A DNA stretch of 64,000 nucleotides from an uncultured delta proteobacterium (lineage in GTDB: Bacteria; Myxococcota_A; Polyangia; Palsa-1104): NCBI GenBank assembly GCA_963785725.1, contig CAWAWS010000017.1, positions 128,001 to 192,000 of the forward strand. Direction: 5' to 3'. A program made the position numbers and the translations under genes. Positions within the stretch are counted from its first letter, which is position 1. Each line of letters starts with the position of its first letter. Of this stretch, positions 44,057 to 54,271 are shown one piece after another. The notes under the pieces were generated by a model. That model did no database searches and was not told the origin of the DNA. It saw nothing but the letters and a program-made list of their open reading frames with translations.

Positions 44057-45367
44057 ATGACCGCCAGCGCGATGCCGTGGTGGTTTTGGCACATGTGGCC
44101 GGCGTTCGCCGTCACCGGCTTTTGCCTGCTGCTCGAGATGTTCTTCGCCGCGGCCGAGCTGTCGGTGATCTCGTGCGATCGCATCTTGCTGCGCAAGGAC
44201 GCCGAGGCCAATCAGCGGGCGGCGCTCTTGCTCGAAGCCTTCCTCGAGAACAAGCAGCGCTTCTTGGCGACGACGCTGCTCGGGACGCAGCTGTCGGTCA
44301 TCGTGTCGACGGTGACGATGACCTACGCGCTGCATCGCATCATGTCGCCCGAGCGCGCCGAGCTGTTCTTGCTCGCGGGGTTGACGCCGCTGCTCGTCAT
44401 CTTCGGCGAGATCGTGCCCAAGACGATCGGGCAGCACTCGGCCGATCGCTGGGCGCGACGCGTCGTTTACCCGCTCTACGCGGCGTCCAAGGTGTTCGCG
44501 GCCATCGTGGCGCCGCTGACGGCGCTGACGACGGCGCTGATGGGGCGCATGGGCGTGGTCGAGCGGAAGCTGGTGACGCGCGAGGAGCTGGAGGCGCTCT
44601 TGAAGACGCCGTCGGTGTCGTCGAAGCGCGGCGAGATCACCGAAGGCGAGCGGCGCATGATCTCGCGCATCTTCGACTTCACCGACACGACGGCGGCGGA
44701 CGTGATGGTGCCGCTGTCGGACGTGGTGGCGCTGGCGGAGACGGCCGATCTGGCGACGGCGGCGCGGCAGATCGAGGAGACGCAGTACACGCGCTTTCCG
44801 GTCTATCGCGAGCGTGTCGATCGCATCGTCGGCACGGTGCACGCGTTCGACATCCTGAAGGCGGGGCGCAGCGACGCGAAGATTGGCGCGTTGGCGCGGG
44901 CGCCGATCTTCGTGCCCGGCAATCAGCCGGCGGTCGACCTGCTCGTCGAGCTGCAGCGGGCGCGGCAGGGCATGGCCATCATCGTCGACGAATATGGCGG
45001 CGCGGTCGGGATCGCGGCGATCGAGGACATCCTCGAGGAGATCGTGGGCGAGATCAACGACGAGCACGACGTCGCCGCGCCCAAGATTCGCAAGGAGGCC
45101 GAGGGCGTGTGGCGGGTCAACGCGCGCACGTCGGTGACGGAGGTGAATCGGCAGCTGAAGCTGGAGTTGCCGGAAGGCGAGGAGTACGAGTCCATCGGCG
45201 GGCTGGTGCTGGAGAAGCTGCGGCACATTCCGCGCGAGGGCGAGAGCGTGCGGTTCGGCGGGCTGCTCGTCAAAGTCGTCAAGGCGAACGAGCGCGCGGT
45301 GGAAGAGGTGCAGGTGCGCATGGGCAAGCGCCGCTCGCCGACGCGCGGTCCGGGCACGATCGGTTGA
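44057..45367 (+). CDS. CNNM/DUF21-CBS-CorC_HlyC (CorB/hemolysin family) membrane protein
   Basis: FFAAAE, FGEIVPK, YTRFPVY, VDEYGG...EDILEEIVGEI and a C-terminal transporter-associated domain (ESIGG...IP.EGE). Confidence 0.9.
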   Translation: MTASAMPWWFWHMWPAFAVTGFCLLLEMFFAAAELSVISCDRILLRKDAEANQRAALLLEAFLENKQRFLATTLLGTQLSVIVSTVTMTYALHRIMSPERAELFLLAGLTPLLVIFGEIVPKTIGQHSADRWARRVVYPLYAASKVFAAIVAPLTALTTALMGRMGVVERKLVTREELEALLKTPSVSSKRGEITEGERRMISRIFDFTDTTAADVMVPLSDVVALAETADLATAARQIEETQYTRFPVYRERVDRIVGTVHAFDILKAGRSDAKIGALARAPIFVPGNQPAVDLLVELQRARQGMAIIVDEYGGAVGIAAIEDILEEIVGEINDEHDVAAPKIRKEAEGVWRVNARTSVTEVNRQLKLELPEGEEYESIGGLVLEKLRHIPREGESVRFGGLLVKVVKANERAVEEVQVRMGKRRSPTRGPGTIG

Positions 45368-45431
45368 TGGGCGGCTGATTCTCGGGCGTCGGCTACCCTG
45401 GCGGCGCGCGTTCGACTAAGCTCAGCCGCGC

Positions 45432-46187
45432 ATGGATCCCAAGCAGCTGCGCGCGCTCCTCGAGCGTGTCCAACAAGGCGACACCGCCGTCGACGCGGCG
45501 TTGCACGAGCTCGCCGATCTGCCGTACAAAGATCTCGGCTTCGCGCGCGTCGATCATCATCGTCATCTGCGCACGGGTTTTCCCGAGGTCATCCTCGGGC
45601 TCGGCAAGACGGCGACGCAGATCGGGCGCATCATGGCCGAGCTGGCGGCGACGGGCGCCAACGTGCTGGCGACGCGCGTGCCCGAGACGCACGTGGCCGA
45701 AGTGCTGCGCCTCGTGCCGAACGCGCGGCACGAGGCCGACGCGCGGGCGATGGTCGTCGAGCAGGCGCCGATCGTCGACAGCGGACGCGGGCAGATCCTC
45801 GTCGTGGCCGCGGGCACGAGCGACTTGCCGGTGGCGGAGGAGGCGCTGTTGACGGCGCGCCTCGGCGGCAATCGCGTCGAGCGGCTGTACGACGTGGGCG
45901 TGGCCGGGATTCATCGGCTGCTCGGCAATCGCGCGCTGCTCGAGGCGGCGGCGGTGCTCGTCGTCGTCGCCGGCATGGAAGGCGCGCTGCCGTCGGTGGT
46001 CGCCGGCCTCGTCAGTAAGCCGGTGATCGCGGTGCCGACGTCGGTGGGCTACGGCGCCAGCTTCGGCGGATTGGCGGCGCTGCTCGGCATGCTCAACAGC
46101 TGCGCCGCCGGCGTCACGGTCGTCAACATCGACAACGGCTTCGGCGCAGGTTACGCGGCGTCGCTCATCAACCGAAAGAGTGTGTGA
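45432..46187 (+). CDS. larB: Nickel pincer cofactor biosynthesis protein LarB (PurE-like)
   Basis: FARVDHHR...GFPEV, AGTSDLPVAEEA, DVGVAGIHRL, AGMEGALPS, PTSVGYG and LNSCAAGVTVVNIDNGFGA motifs. Confidence 0.93.
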   Translation: MDPKQLRALLERVQQGDTAVDAALHELADLPYKDLGFARVDHHRHLRTGFPEVILGLGKTATQIGRIMAELAATGANVLATRVPETHVAEVLRLVPNARHEADARAMVVEQAPIVDSGRGQILVVAAGTSDLPVAEEALLTARLGGNRVERLYDVGVAGIHRLLGNRALLEAAAVLVVVAGMEGALPSVVAGLVSKPVIAVPTSVGYGASFGGLAALLGMLNSCAAGVTVVNIDNGFGAGYAASLINRKSV

Positions 46188-47560
46188 ACGTGAGCGAGCT
46201 GCAAGGCACCGAGCTGTATTTCGACTGTTTCGCCGGCATCGCGGGCGACATGACGCTGGGCGCGCTGCTCGATTTGGGCGTGCCCGAAGACGTCGTGCGC
46301 GCCGAGCTGGCCAAGCTGCCGCTCACGAATTATCGGCTGACCCGCGAACGCGTGCAGCGCGGCGCCTTGATGGGCACGAAGATCCACGTGCTGGTTGACG
46401 ACGTTGATCAACCTCATCAACCTCGGGCCGACGATCACGATCACCATGATCATCGTGCGCACAAGCCGGTCGGGCCCCATTTGCACGACGAGCCGGAGCC
46501 GCACGCGCATCATCATCATGCCGAGCAGGCGCGGCCGGAGCCGCCGCATACACACGACGAGCACGTGGCGCATGATCCGCGCCATTCGCACGACGCGCAC
46601 GCGCCGCACGCGCACACGCACTATCGCGACATTCGCGCGATGCTGGAGCGGCACCTGGGCGGCGACACGCTCGTGCGCGCGCTGGGGATTTTCGATCGCA
46701 TCGCCGTCGTCGAGGCGCGGCTGCATGGCGTGACCGTGGCCGACGTCGCCTTTCACGAAGTGGGCGCCGTCGATTCGATCGTCGACATCGTCGGCGCGGC
46801 GGCGGCGCTGGCGTGGCTGCGGCCGGCGCGCATCACGTCGCGGCGCGTGCCGCTCGGCGGCGGCACCGTCGACACCGCGCACGGCCGCCTGCCCGTGCCG
46901 GCGCCGGCGACGCTGGAGCTGCTCGCCGGCGTCGACGTCGAAGCCGGCGGCGACAGCGAGCTGACGACGCCGACGGGCGCCGGCATCCTCGCCGCCAGCG
47001 CCGTCGCCTACGGGCCACTGCCGCCGATGCGCGTCGTCGCCGTCGGCTGGGGCGCGGGCGATCGCCAGCTGGCCGATCGGCCGAACCTCTTGCGCGTCGT
47101 GGCCGGCGTGCGCGACGCCGCCAGCAGCGACGAGATCGTCGTCGTCGAGGCCAACATCGACGACATGAACCCGGAGTTGTGCGAGCCGCTCTTGGAGGCG
47201 CTGTTCGCCGCCGGCGCCGTCGACGCTTGGTTCACGCCCATCGTCATGAAGAAGTCGCGGCCGGCGTTGATGGTGGCGGCGCTGGCGCCGGCGGCCATGC
47301 GCGACGCCGTGGCGCAGGCGATGCTGCGCGAATCGACCACGATCGGCGTGCGCTTCCGAGCCATGACGCGCAAGGTGCTGCCGCGGCGGATGGTCGAGGT
47401 GGACACGCCGTGGGGGCCAATCGCCGTCAAGGTCGCGGGCGAAGGCGACCTGGTCAACGCCGCGCCGGAATACGAGGATTGCCGCCGCGTCGCGTCGACC
47501 GCCGGCGTCCCGGTCAAGCGCGTCTATTTGGCCGCGCTCGCTGCATTTTACCGTCGCTAG
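46184..47560 (+). CDS. larC: Nickel pincer cofactor biosynthesis protein LarC with His-rich insert
   Basis: DCFAGIAGDM, FHEVGAVDSIVDI, HGRLPVPAPAT, ELTTPTGA, EANIDD, MKKSRP, STTIGVR and PEYEDC motifs. Confidence 0.95.
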   Translation: MNVSELQGTELYFDCFAGIAGDMTLGALLDLGVPEDVVRAELAKLPLTNYRLTRERVQRGALMGTKIHVLVDDVDQPHQPRADDHDHHDHRAHKPVGPHLHDEPEPHAHHHHAEQARPEPPHTHDEHVAHDPRHSHDAHAPHAHTHYRDIRAMLERHLGGDTLVRALGIFDRIAVVEARLHGVTVADVAFHEVGAVDSIVDIVGAAAALAWLRPARITSRRVPLGGGTVDTAHGRLPVPAPATLELLAGVDVEAGGDSELTTPTGAGILAASAVAYGPLPPMRVVAVGWGAGDRQLADRPNLLRVVAGVRDAASSDEIVVVEANIDDMNPELCEPLLEALFAAGAVDAWFTPIVMKKSRPALMVAALAPAAMRDAVAQAMLRESTTIGVRFRAMTRKVLPRRMVEVDTPWGPIAVKVAGEGDLVNAAPEYEDCRRVASTAGVPVKRVYLAALAAFYRR

Positions 47561-47601
47561 GGCATCGCTAAGGCGTCGCTGAACGTGTTATACTGCTGGC
47601 G

Positions 47602-49617
47602 GTGCCAAGTCGTGACCGCATCCTGATCGTCGGTGGCGACGAGGCTGCCCGCGCTGGCTACCTCGCCGAGCTGCGTGGCGCCGGCTACAACGCCGAGGCG
47701 CGCGGCGGCGTCATCGAGGATGCCGAGGGCGCGGATTTGGTGCTCGTGGCCGGTGGCGCCGAAGGCTCGCGGCGCGACGGCTTCGGCGCGCTCGTCGACG
47801 CCGTGACCGCGGCGCGCAAGGCGGCGCGCGCCGCCACCGTCATCGCCTGCGTGTCGCGCGACGTCGACGCCGAGGAGCTGCTCGAAGCCGTGCGCGCGTC
47901 GCTGGCCTCGGGCGCCGATGACGTCGTCGTCGCGCCGCCCGTCGCCGGCGCGCTGTTGGCGCGCGTCGGCGCCGGCCTCAAGATGTCGACGGCGCGCATC
48001 GCCCTCGAGCGCTACGAACGCTACGGCGAAGCGCTGTCGCACATCGCCGGCGCCGTCGGCGTCACGCTCGATTCGCCCGAGGCGCTGCACGATCTCTTGG
48101 CCCGCGTCTGCGACTCCGTCGGCTGGACGCGCGCCGCGCTCTTGCTGCAAGGCGACGATCCGAAGGGCCTCTTGCTCGTCGCGGCGTCGGACGATCCGTC
48201 GGCGATGAAGGTGCCGCTCATCCTCGATCGCTATCCCGAAGTGCGCGCCTGTATGGACTCGCGCGAGCCGGTGCTCGTCGAGGATGCGCGCGCCTCGGCG
48301 CTGCTCGGCCAGTGGGCGGAGCTGGCGGCCGAGAAGGGCGGGCGCGCGCTCTTGGCCGTGCCGCTCATGGTCGAGCGCCGCGTCGTGGGCGCGATCTTGC
48401 TGCGTCATTACGTGGCGCGGCCGCATCTGGGTCCGCGCGCCATCGATTTCCTGCGCGTGGCGTCGTCGATGTTGGGCCTCGTCTTGCGCGCCGGCCGCGT
48501 CTTCGAAGGCTTGCGCGAGCAGACCCGCCGACTGTCGCTGGCACGCCACTCCGAAGAGCGCCGCACGCGCGCCCTCGAGCAGTACAAAGACTTCTTCGAG
48601 GCCTCGACCGACGGCATGGTCGTCCTCGACGCCGACGGCACCATCGTCTACGTCAACCGCGCCACCGAGCAGATGACCGGCTACGCGCGCGAAGGCTTGG
48701 CCGGCCGCAACTTCACCGAGCTGCTCGCCTCCGGGCAGCGCGAGAGCATGGGCCACATCGTCGACCGCGTCGCGCGCGGCGCCAACTTGGAAGTCTTCGA
48801 CCTCGCGCTCTCGACGACGTCGGGCGAGATCTTGACCGTCAGCGTGTCGACGTCGCCGGTGTTGGCCGAGCACGCGACCGCCGTCATCGCCTTCCGCGAC
48901 GTGACCGAAGCGCGCGCCCTCGAAGCCGAGCTGCGCAAGAGCCGCGAATTTCTCGAGCGGCTGATCGACTCCACCGTCGACGGCATCATCTGCGCCGACA
49001 TGCGCGGCAACATCCTCATCTTCAACCAAGGCGCCGCCCGCTTGTACGGCTACGCGCCCGAAGACGTCGTCGCGAAGTTGCCGGTGTGGAAGCTGTATCC
49101 GGAAGGTGTCGGGCGGGCGATCATGGCCGAGCTGCGCGCGGCGACGAACGGTGGCATCGGTCGCCTCTTGCCGACGCGGCGCGAGATCGTGACCAAAGAG
49201 GGCGAGCTCGTGCCGGTGTCGCTGGCGGCGTCGATCGTCTACGAAGATCGCCGCGAGATCGCGACCGTCGGCATCTTGAGCGACCTGCGCGATCGCATCA
49301 AGATCGAGCAGCGACTGGCGCAGGCGCAAGAGAAGCTGATGGTGTCGGAGAAGCAGGCGCTCATCGCCGAGCTGGCCGGCACGACGGCGCACGAGCTGAA
49401 TCAGCCGCTGACGTCGGTCATGGGTTACTCCGAGCTCTTGCGCAAGAAGATGTCGCCCGACGACGTGCATTATCGCGCCATCGACATCATCTTGCGCGAG
49501 GCCGAGCGCATGGCCGAGATCGTGCGCAAGATCGGCAAGATCACGCGCTACGAGACCAAGGCCTACGTCGGCTCGACGCAAATTCTCGACCTCGACAAGA
49601 GCACGACCGATGGGTGA
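47602..49617 (+). CDS. Pseudo-receiver-GAF-PAS-PAS-HisKA (DHp) protein lacking the HATPase domain
   Basis: Degenerate receiver, a GAF domain, two PAS domains and H-box AHELNQPL. The protein ends about 75 aa after the His with no N/G1/G2 boxes. Confidence 0.85.
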   Translation: MPSRDRILIVGGDEAARAGYLAELRGAGYNAEARGGVIEDAEGADLVLVAGGAEGSRRDGFGALVDAVTAARKAARAATVIACVSRDVDAEELLEAVRASLASGADDVVVAPPVAGALLARVGAGLKMSTARIALERYERYGEALSHIAGAVGVTLDSPEALHDLLARVCDSVGWTRAALLLQGDDPKGLLLVAASDDPSAMKVPLILDRYPEVRACMDSREPVLVEDARASALLGQWAELAAEKGGRALLAVPLMVERRVVGAILLRHYVARPHLGPRAIDFLRVASSMLGLVLRAGRVFEGLREQTRRLSLARHSEERRTRALEQYKDFFEASTDGMVVLDADGTIVYVNRATEQMTGYAREGLAGRNFTELLASGQRESMGHIVDRVARGANLEVFDLALSTTSGEILTVSVSTSPVLAEHATAVIAFRDVTEARALEAELRKSREFLERLIDSTVDGIICADMRGNILIFNQGAARLYGYAPEDVVAKLPVWKLYPEGVGRAIMAELRAATNGGIGRLLPTRREIVTKEGELVPVSLAASIVYEDRREIATVGILSDLRDRIKIEQRLAQAQEKLMVSEKQALIAELAGTTAHELNQPLTSVMGYSELLRKKMSPDDVHYRAIDIILREAERMAEIVRKIGKITRYETKAYVGSTQILDLDKSTTDG

Positions 49618-51422
49618 GCGGCTGCGCGCCCCCAAGAAGCTCAAGGCGAAAGGGTCGCCGCCGGCCGGCAAGCGCAGCGCCAAGCCGCGCGCGCCCAAGC
49701 GCGTCGTGAAGTCGCCGGTCAAGGCCGTGGCTTCGCCGGCGCCGGCGAAATCGCCGGGCGTGGTCAAAGCCGTCGCCGCCTTGCCGAAGCGTCCGCCGCC
49801 GCGCGCGCGCCAAGCGGCCGTCGCGGCTGGTGCCGCCGCCGCAAGCCGACGTCATGCAGGCGGCGTTCGATCTGTCGCGCCAGCTGTCGCTCGAAGTGCG
49901 CGAAGAGGAGCTGGTCGGCACGTTCGTCTCGACGCTCGGCCGCCTCTTGCCCGGTCGCTACTTGTGCCTGCGCGTCATCGATCCGCGCACGCAGGCGCTG
50001 ACGTCGATGATCTCCGACGGTCCGCTGGCGACGGGCGAGGCGACGATGCAGGCGGCGTCGCTGGCCATCAAGCGCTCGGCGCTGCGGCGCACGCGGCTGT
50101 CGGACTCGGTGACGCAGTCGGCGCGCGTGCGCATCGTCGACGGCTACGAGCGCGTCTTCCGCGACTCGGCGGGCGGCTTTTCGGTGCCGCTCGTGGCCTC
50201 GGGCGAGATGTTCGGCCTGCTCAACGTCGAATATCCGCCGCCGTTCGACCTCTGTGAAGACGACGAGCCGGTGACGATTCCGCTGGCGAATCAGCTGTCG
50301 GTGGCGCTGCGCAACCTCAACCTGCTCGGCGAAGCGCGCTACTACCGCGACTATCTGCGCAAGATGATCGACGTCGCCAATGCGTTCATCATCGTCGTCG
50401 ACCGCGACGCGCGCATCGCCGTCATGAACCGCGCCATGCAGCGCTACCTCGGCTTTCCGCCGAGCATCATCGGCACGCCGCTGGAAGAGGTGCGCAAGCG
50501 CTCGACCGCCGCCGAGCCGCGCTTGTCGACGCTCCTCCTCGCCGGTCTGCGCGGCGTCGAATACAGCGACTGCGAAGTGCCGCTGTGGCAGCGACACGTG
50601 CAGAAGCTCGGGCGCGCCATGTTCAACACGTCGGTCATGCGCGCGCCCGACGGCAGCATCGACGGCGTCATCGCCATCGGCAACGACGTCGAGCGCATGC
50701 GTTCGCTCGAGCGGCAGGTGATTCAGGCCGAGAAGCTGGCGACGCTCGGGCAGTTGGCGGCCGGCGTCGTGCACGAGCTGAACAATCCGCTCACGTCGAT
50801 CAGCGTCTACGGCGACTATTTGGTGCGGCTGCTCGATCGTGTCGGCGACAAGCCCGACGTCGACAAGGCGACGAAGGTCGTCGAAGGCGCCGCGCGGATT
50901 CAGAAGCTGACGCGCGATCTGATGAGCTACGCGCGGCCGTCGGGCGAGCCGGAGTGGGTCAGCATCAACGAGGTCGTCAAGCAGGCGCTGACCTTCTGTG
51001 AGCACGTCGTGCGCCGCGCCGAGGCCGAAGTGACGCTGACGTTGGGCGACGATTTGCCGCGGGTGCACGCCATCCGCGCGCAGTTGCACCAAGTGCTCAT
51101 CAACCTCATCACCAACGCCTGCCACGCGCTCGGTCGGCCGGGCGGCGGCGTGCGCCTCGGCACGAGCCTGTCCGCCGACGGCCGCATGGTGCGCATCAGC
51201 GTCCACGACGACGGCTGCGGCATCGGCGCGCACGACCGCGATCGCGTCTTCGAGCCGTTCTTCACGACGAAAAAAGACGGCAAAGGCACCGGCCTCGGTT
51301 TATCGATCGTCAAAAATATCGTAGAAGGACACGGCGGCCACGTCGGCTTCGACAGCGACATCGGGGACGGCACGACGTTCGTGATCACCCTGCCGCTGAA
51401 AAAGGAGACCGTAGTCGTATGA
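49610..51422 (+). CDS. GAF-PAS histidine kinase with Lys/Pro-rich N-terminal extension; probable indel near 49800-49825
   Basis: EKLATLGQLAAGVVHELNNPL, NLITNA, DDGCG and FFTTK...GTGLGL. The ATG at 49610 overlaps the upstream stop; the main ORF is 49830..51422. Confidence 0.88.
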
Positions 51423-51691
51423 AGATCGACGAAACACTGAAGGAATTGGAAACTGTCGCGGAAAAAATAAAGGTCAAAGTGACCTACGAGAATATTGGCG
51501 GTGAATTGGGCGCGGGCGGTTTGTGCAAAGTGAAGGGCGAGCACCGCGTCATCGTCGACAAGCGCGCCACCGACGGCGAAAAAGTGACCGTTCTGGCGCA
51601 GGCGCTGGCCAAGTTCCCGCTCGAAGAAGTGTTCATGACCGAGAAGACGCGCGCGCTCATCGAACGCTCGGCCTCCTTCATCCGTAAGTAA
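51419..51691 (+). CDS. Small hypothetical protein (90 aa)
   Basis: ATGA overlap with the kinase stop, SD-like AAGGAG upstream and a GGLCKVKG motif. Confidence 0.75.
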   Translation: MKIDETLKELETVAEKIKVKVTYENIGGELGAGGLCKVKGEHRVIVDKRATDGEKVTVLAQALAKFPLEEVFMTEKTRALIERSASFIRK

Positions 51692-51762
51692 ACAGCCGTT
51701 TACAATCGATAGTCGACGGAGCGCAGCGACAACGCGGCGATTGGGCCAAAAACGGCGTTTTT

Positions 51763-53037
51763 TTAGTAGGTGACGCCGAAGCAGAGGTTGCCGGACGGGC
51801 AGCTCTTCGGCGCCGCGCGCGCGCCGAGCACGCCGCCGACGACGACGCCGGCCGTCGTCGCGCCCACCGCCGTCCAGAACCACCAGGTCTTGAAGAACGG
51901 CTTGCGCACGACGGGCGCCGGCGGCGGCGCGTCCTTCGTCTCCTGCAGCTCGGCGTCGTAGCTGACGTTGAGATAGAGCGACGACGCCAGCGTCGCCAGC
52001 TCCTTCTCGGCCTTGGCCAGCGGCACCGTCTTCGTCACGCGCGTCAACCGCCGCCGCGTGCGCAAGTCGTACAAGAACGTGTCGACTTTGAGCGACCCCG
52101 GCGCCGTCCCGGCCGCCAGCCGCACGAAGATCGCGTGGTCGATGAACAGGACCTCTTTCAGGTTGTCGGCGCTGGCGTCGAGCGACAGCTCGCCGAGCGA
52201 ACCCTCGACCGCCGCGCGCGCTTGCTCGACGAGCAGATACTTCGTCGACCGCTCGAGCCCGATGCTCACCAGCTGCTGCTGCTTGGCCGACACTTGCGCC
52301 GGCATGACCGCCTTTTTGTAGCCTTCCTTCTTCAGCGTCACCCAATGCTCGCCGATGGTCAGCCCCTCGGCGAACGTCGGCGTCACGCCCACGAAGCGAC
52401 CGTCGACGTAGGCCTGCGCCTCGGCCGGCTCCGAGCGAATCTCGAGCGAGCCGCGCTTCTGCTTGTCGACCTCTTTGCGCACGTCCTCGAACGCCGCCAA
52501 CAGCTGCGGCGGATAGCGCTGCAGATCGACCTTGTAGTCGCTGCGCCAGGTCAAGAGGCGCGCGAACGTCAGCTTGGCCGCGCGCTTGTCGCCCTGCTCG
52601 AGCTGCGCCGCGCCGAGCGCCATCATCGCGTCCGCCAGCTCCTGCTTCTTGATGTGCGGCAACACTTTCGACAGCACCTCGACCGCTTGCGCGAGCTTCT
52701 TGATCGCGGTCGGCAGCTCCAGCGCCGTCAGCGCCTTTTGCCCTTCTTGCAGCGCCAGCCGCCCTTCGTCGATCTGCTCTTGCGGGATCTCCTGCGCGAA
52801 GTCGGCCAGCCGCGTATCGAGATCCTTCATCTCCAGGCGCGGGTTGCGCTTCAAGCCGTCGTCGAGCGCGCGCATGACCGGGAGGGTCGACTGCTCGTCG
52901 ACGCCCGGATGCGCCATCAGAAACGTCGTCACGCGCACGGTCGGCGGGCCGCTGGTCAGCTGCGCGGCCGGCTCTTCCGCGCGTGCCGCCGCGCCCAGCC
53001 CGAAGGCCACGACGAGCAGCGCGGCCGAACGCGTCAC
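51763..53037 (-). CDS. PEGA domain-containing exported protein
   Basis: Signal peptide, TPR-like helices, PEGA motif (LEIRSEPAEAQAYVDGRFVGVTP) and a KPFFKTWWFW TM tail. Confidence 0.85.
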   Translation of the reverse strand: MTRSAALLVVAFGLGAAARAEEPAAQLTSGPPTVRVTTFLMAHPGVDEQSTLPVMRALDDGLKRNPRLEMKDLDTRLADFAQEIPQEQIDEGRLALQEGQKALTALELPTAIKKLAQAVEVLSKVLPHIKKQELADAMMALGAAQLEQGDKRAAKLTFARLLTWRSDYKVDLQRYPPQLLAAFEDVRKEVDKQKRGSLEIRSEPAEAQAYVDGRFVGVTPTFAEGLTIGEHWVTLKKEGYKKAVMPAQVSAKQQQLVSIGLERSTKYLLVEQARAAVEGSLGELSLDASADNLKEVLFIDHAIFVRLAAGTAPGSLKVDTFLYDLRTRRRLTRVTKTVPLAKAEKELATLASSLYLNVSYDAELQETKDAPPPAPVVRKPFFKTWWFWTAVGATTAGVVVGGVLGARAAPKSCPSGNLCFGVTY

Positions 53038-53393
53038 TTGGCCTGCGTCAGCCGCCGGATTTTGGCGGCCAAGTAGGGATCTTGCGCCGCATAGTCGCGC
53101 AACGTCTCGCGCAGCTTCGGCTCCAGATCCTTCGGCAGCGCGCCGCCGAGCTGCCGCGAAATCGCGTCTTCGATCAAGAGGTCGACCGCTTCATCGGACG
53201 TAATTTCGCCCGCGCGCAGCCGGGCCGCCACTTCGGCGATGGGATCGACCGCGCCCGTCGCGCTCGCGCCGCCGACCGACGCGACGCCGCTCGTCGTCTC
53301 CGCCGGCGCGGCTTCGTCGAGACCGTCGACCGCCGCCGCTTCGTCGACCGCGTCGGGCGGCCGCGGACCGTCGCCTGGACCCTTGATGCGCAT
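53034..53393 (-). CDS. Hypothetical protein (119 aa)
   Basis: Its stop overlaps the PEGA gene start (GTGA). Disordered N-half and helical C-half. Confidence 0.7.
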   Translation of the reverse strand: MRIKGPGDGPRPPDAVDEAAAVDGLDEAAPAETTSGVASVGGASATGAVDPIAEVAARLRAGEITSDEAVDLLIEDAISRQLGGALPKDLEPKLRETLRDYAAQDPYLAAKIRRLTQAK

Positions 53394-53509
53394 CCAGCGT
53401 CGACGTTACCACCGGCGTCTCGCCGACGCCAAGCGGCACGATGCGGCGGCGCCATTTTGCGAGACCTCGACCGCCGCGCGCCAAAATGCGTAAGATCTCG
53501 AACGAGAAG

Positions 53510-54253
53510 ATGATCGGTCGGTTCTTTCGCGGCATGGGCTACTTCGGACGCGCGCTCGGCTTCGCCTTCGGCCGCCGCGCACTCCTGCCGTGGGTGTTGG
53601 CGCCGGCGCTGCTGACGCTGCTGCTGACGCTCGGCGGCGCCGTCCTCGCCTGGCATTGGGTGGGCATGGTCGTCCATTCGCGCGCCGATCACGCGAGCTC
53701 GCTGGTCGGCAGCCTCTTGTGGCTGCTCGCCGTCCTCGCCGTCGGCGCCGGCGCTTACGTCGTCTACGTCGTCGCCTGCTTGGTGACGACGGCGCCGTTC
53801 GCCGGCCTCTTGTCCGAGCGCACCGAGCAGGCAGCGACCGGCGCGCCCTTGCCATCGCCGAGCGTCGGCCACGCGCTCGGTCTGTCGCTGCGCGGCGCCG
53901 TGCACGCGGTCGTCGGCATCGCGCTCTACGTCGCCATCGCGGCGCCGCTGTTTCTGCTGCATTGGCTCGTGCCGCCGCTGGCGCCGCTGTGCTGGGTGGC
54001 GAGCGCCGTGCAGACGGCCCTGTTCTTCGCCTTCGACGGCTTCAACGAGCCGCTCCATCGTCGCGGGCTCGGCTTTGTCGCCAAATGGCGCTTCATCGGC
54101 GGTCATTTGGCCGAGTCGCTCGGCTTCGGCCTGGTGGTCGCGCTGCTCATGGCGGTGCCGCTCGTGAGCGTGCTGGTGGCGCCGCTGGCTGTCGTCGGTG
54201 GCACGCTGCTCTTCGCCGATTTGCAAGCGCCGCCGCCGCCCAGCGAGCGGTAG
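53510..54253 (+). CDS. EI24/CysZ-like membrane protein
   Basis: FFRGMGY, LAP, APF..LLSERTE and GFG motifs with several TM helices. Confidence 0.75.
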   Translation: MIGRFFRGMGYFGRALGFAFGRRALLPWVLAPALLTLLLTLGGAVLAWHWVGMVVHSRADHASSLVGSLLWLLAVLAVGAGAYVVYVVACLVTTAPFAGLLSERTEQAATGAPLPSPSVGHALGLSLRGAVHAVVGIALYVAIAAPLFLLHWLVPPLAPLCWVASAVQTALFFAFDGFNEPLHRRGLGFVAKWRFIGGHLAESLGFGLVVALLMAVPLVSVLVAPLAVVGGTLLFADLQAPPPPSER

Positions 54254-54271
54254 CCGTGTTATAACGCGCGC

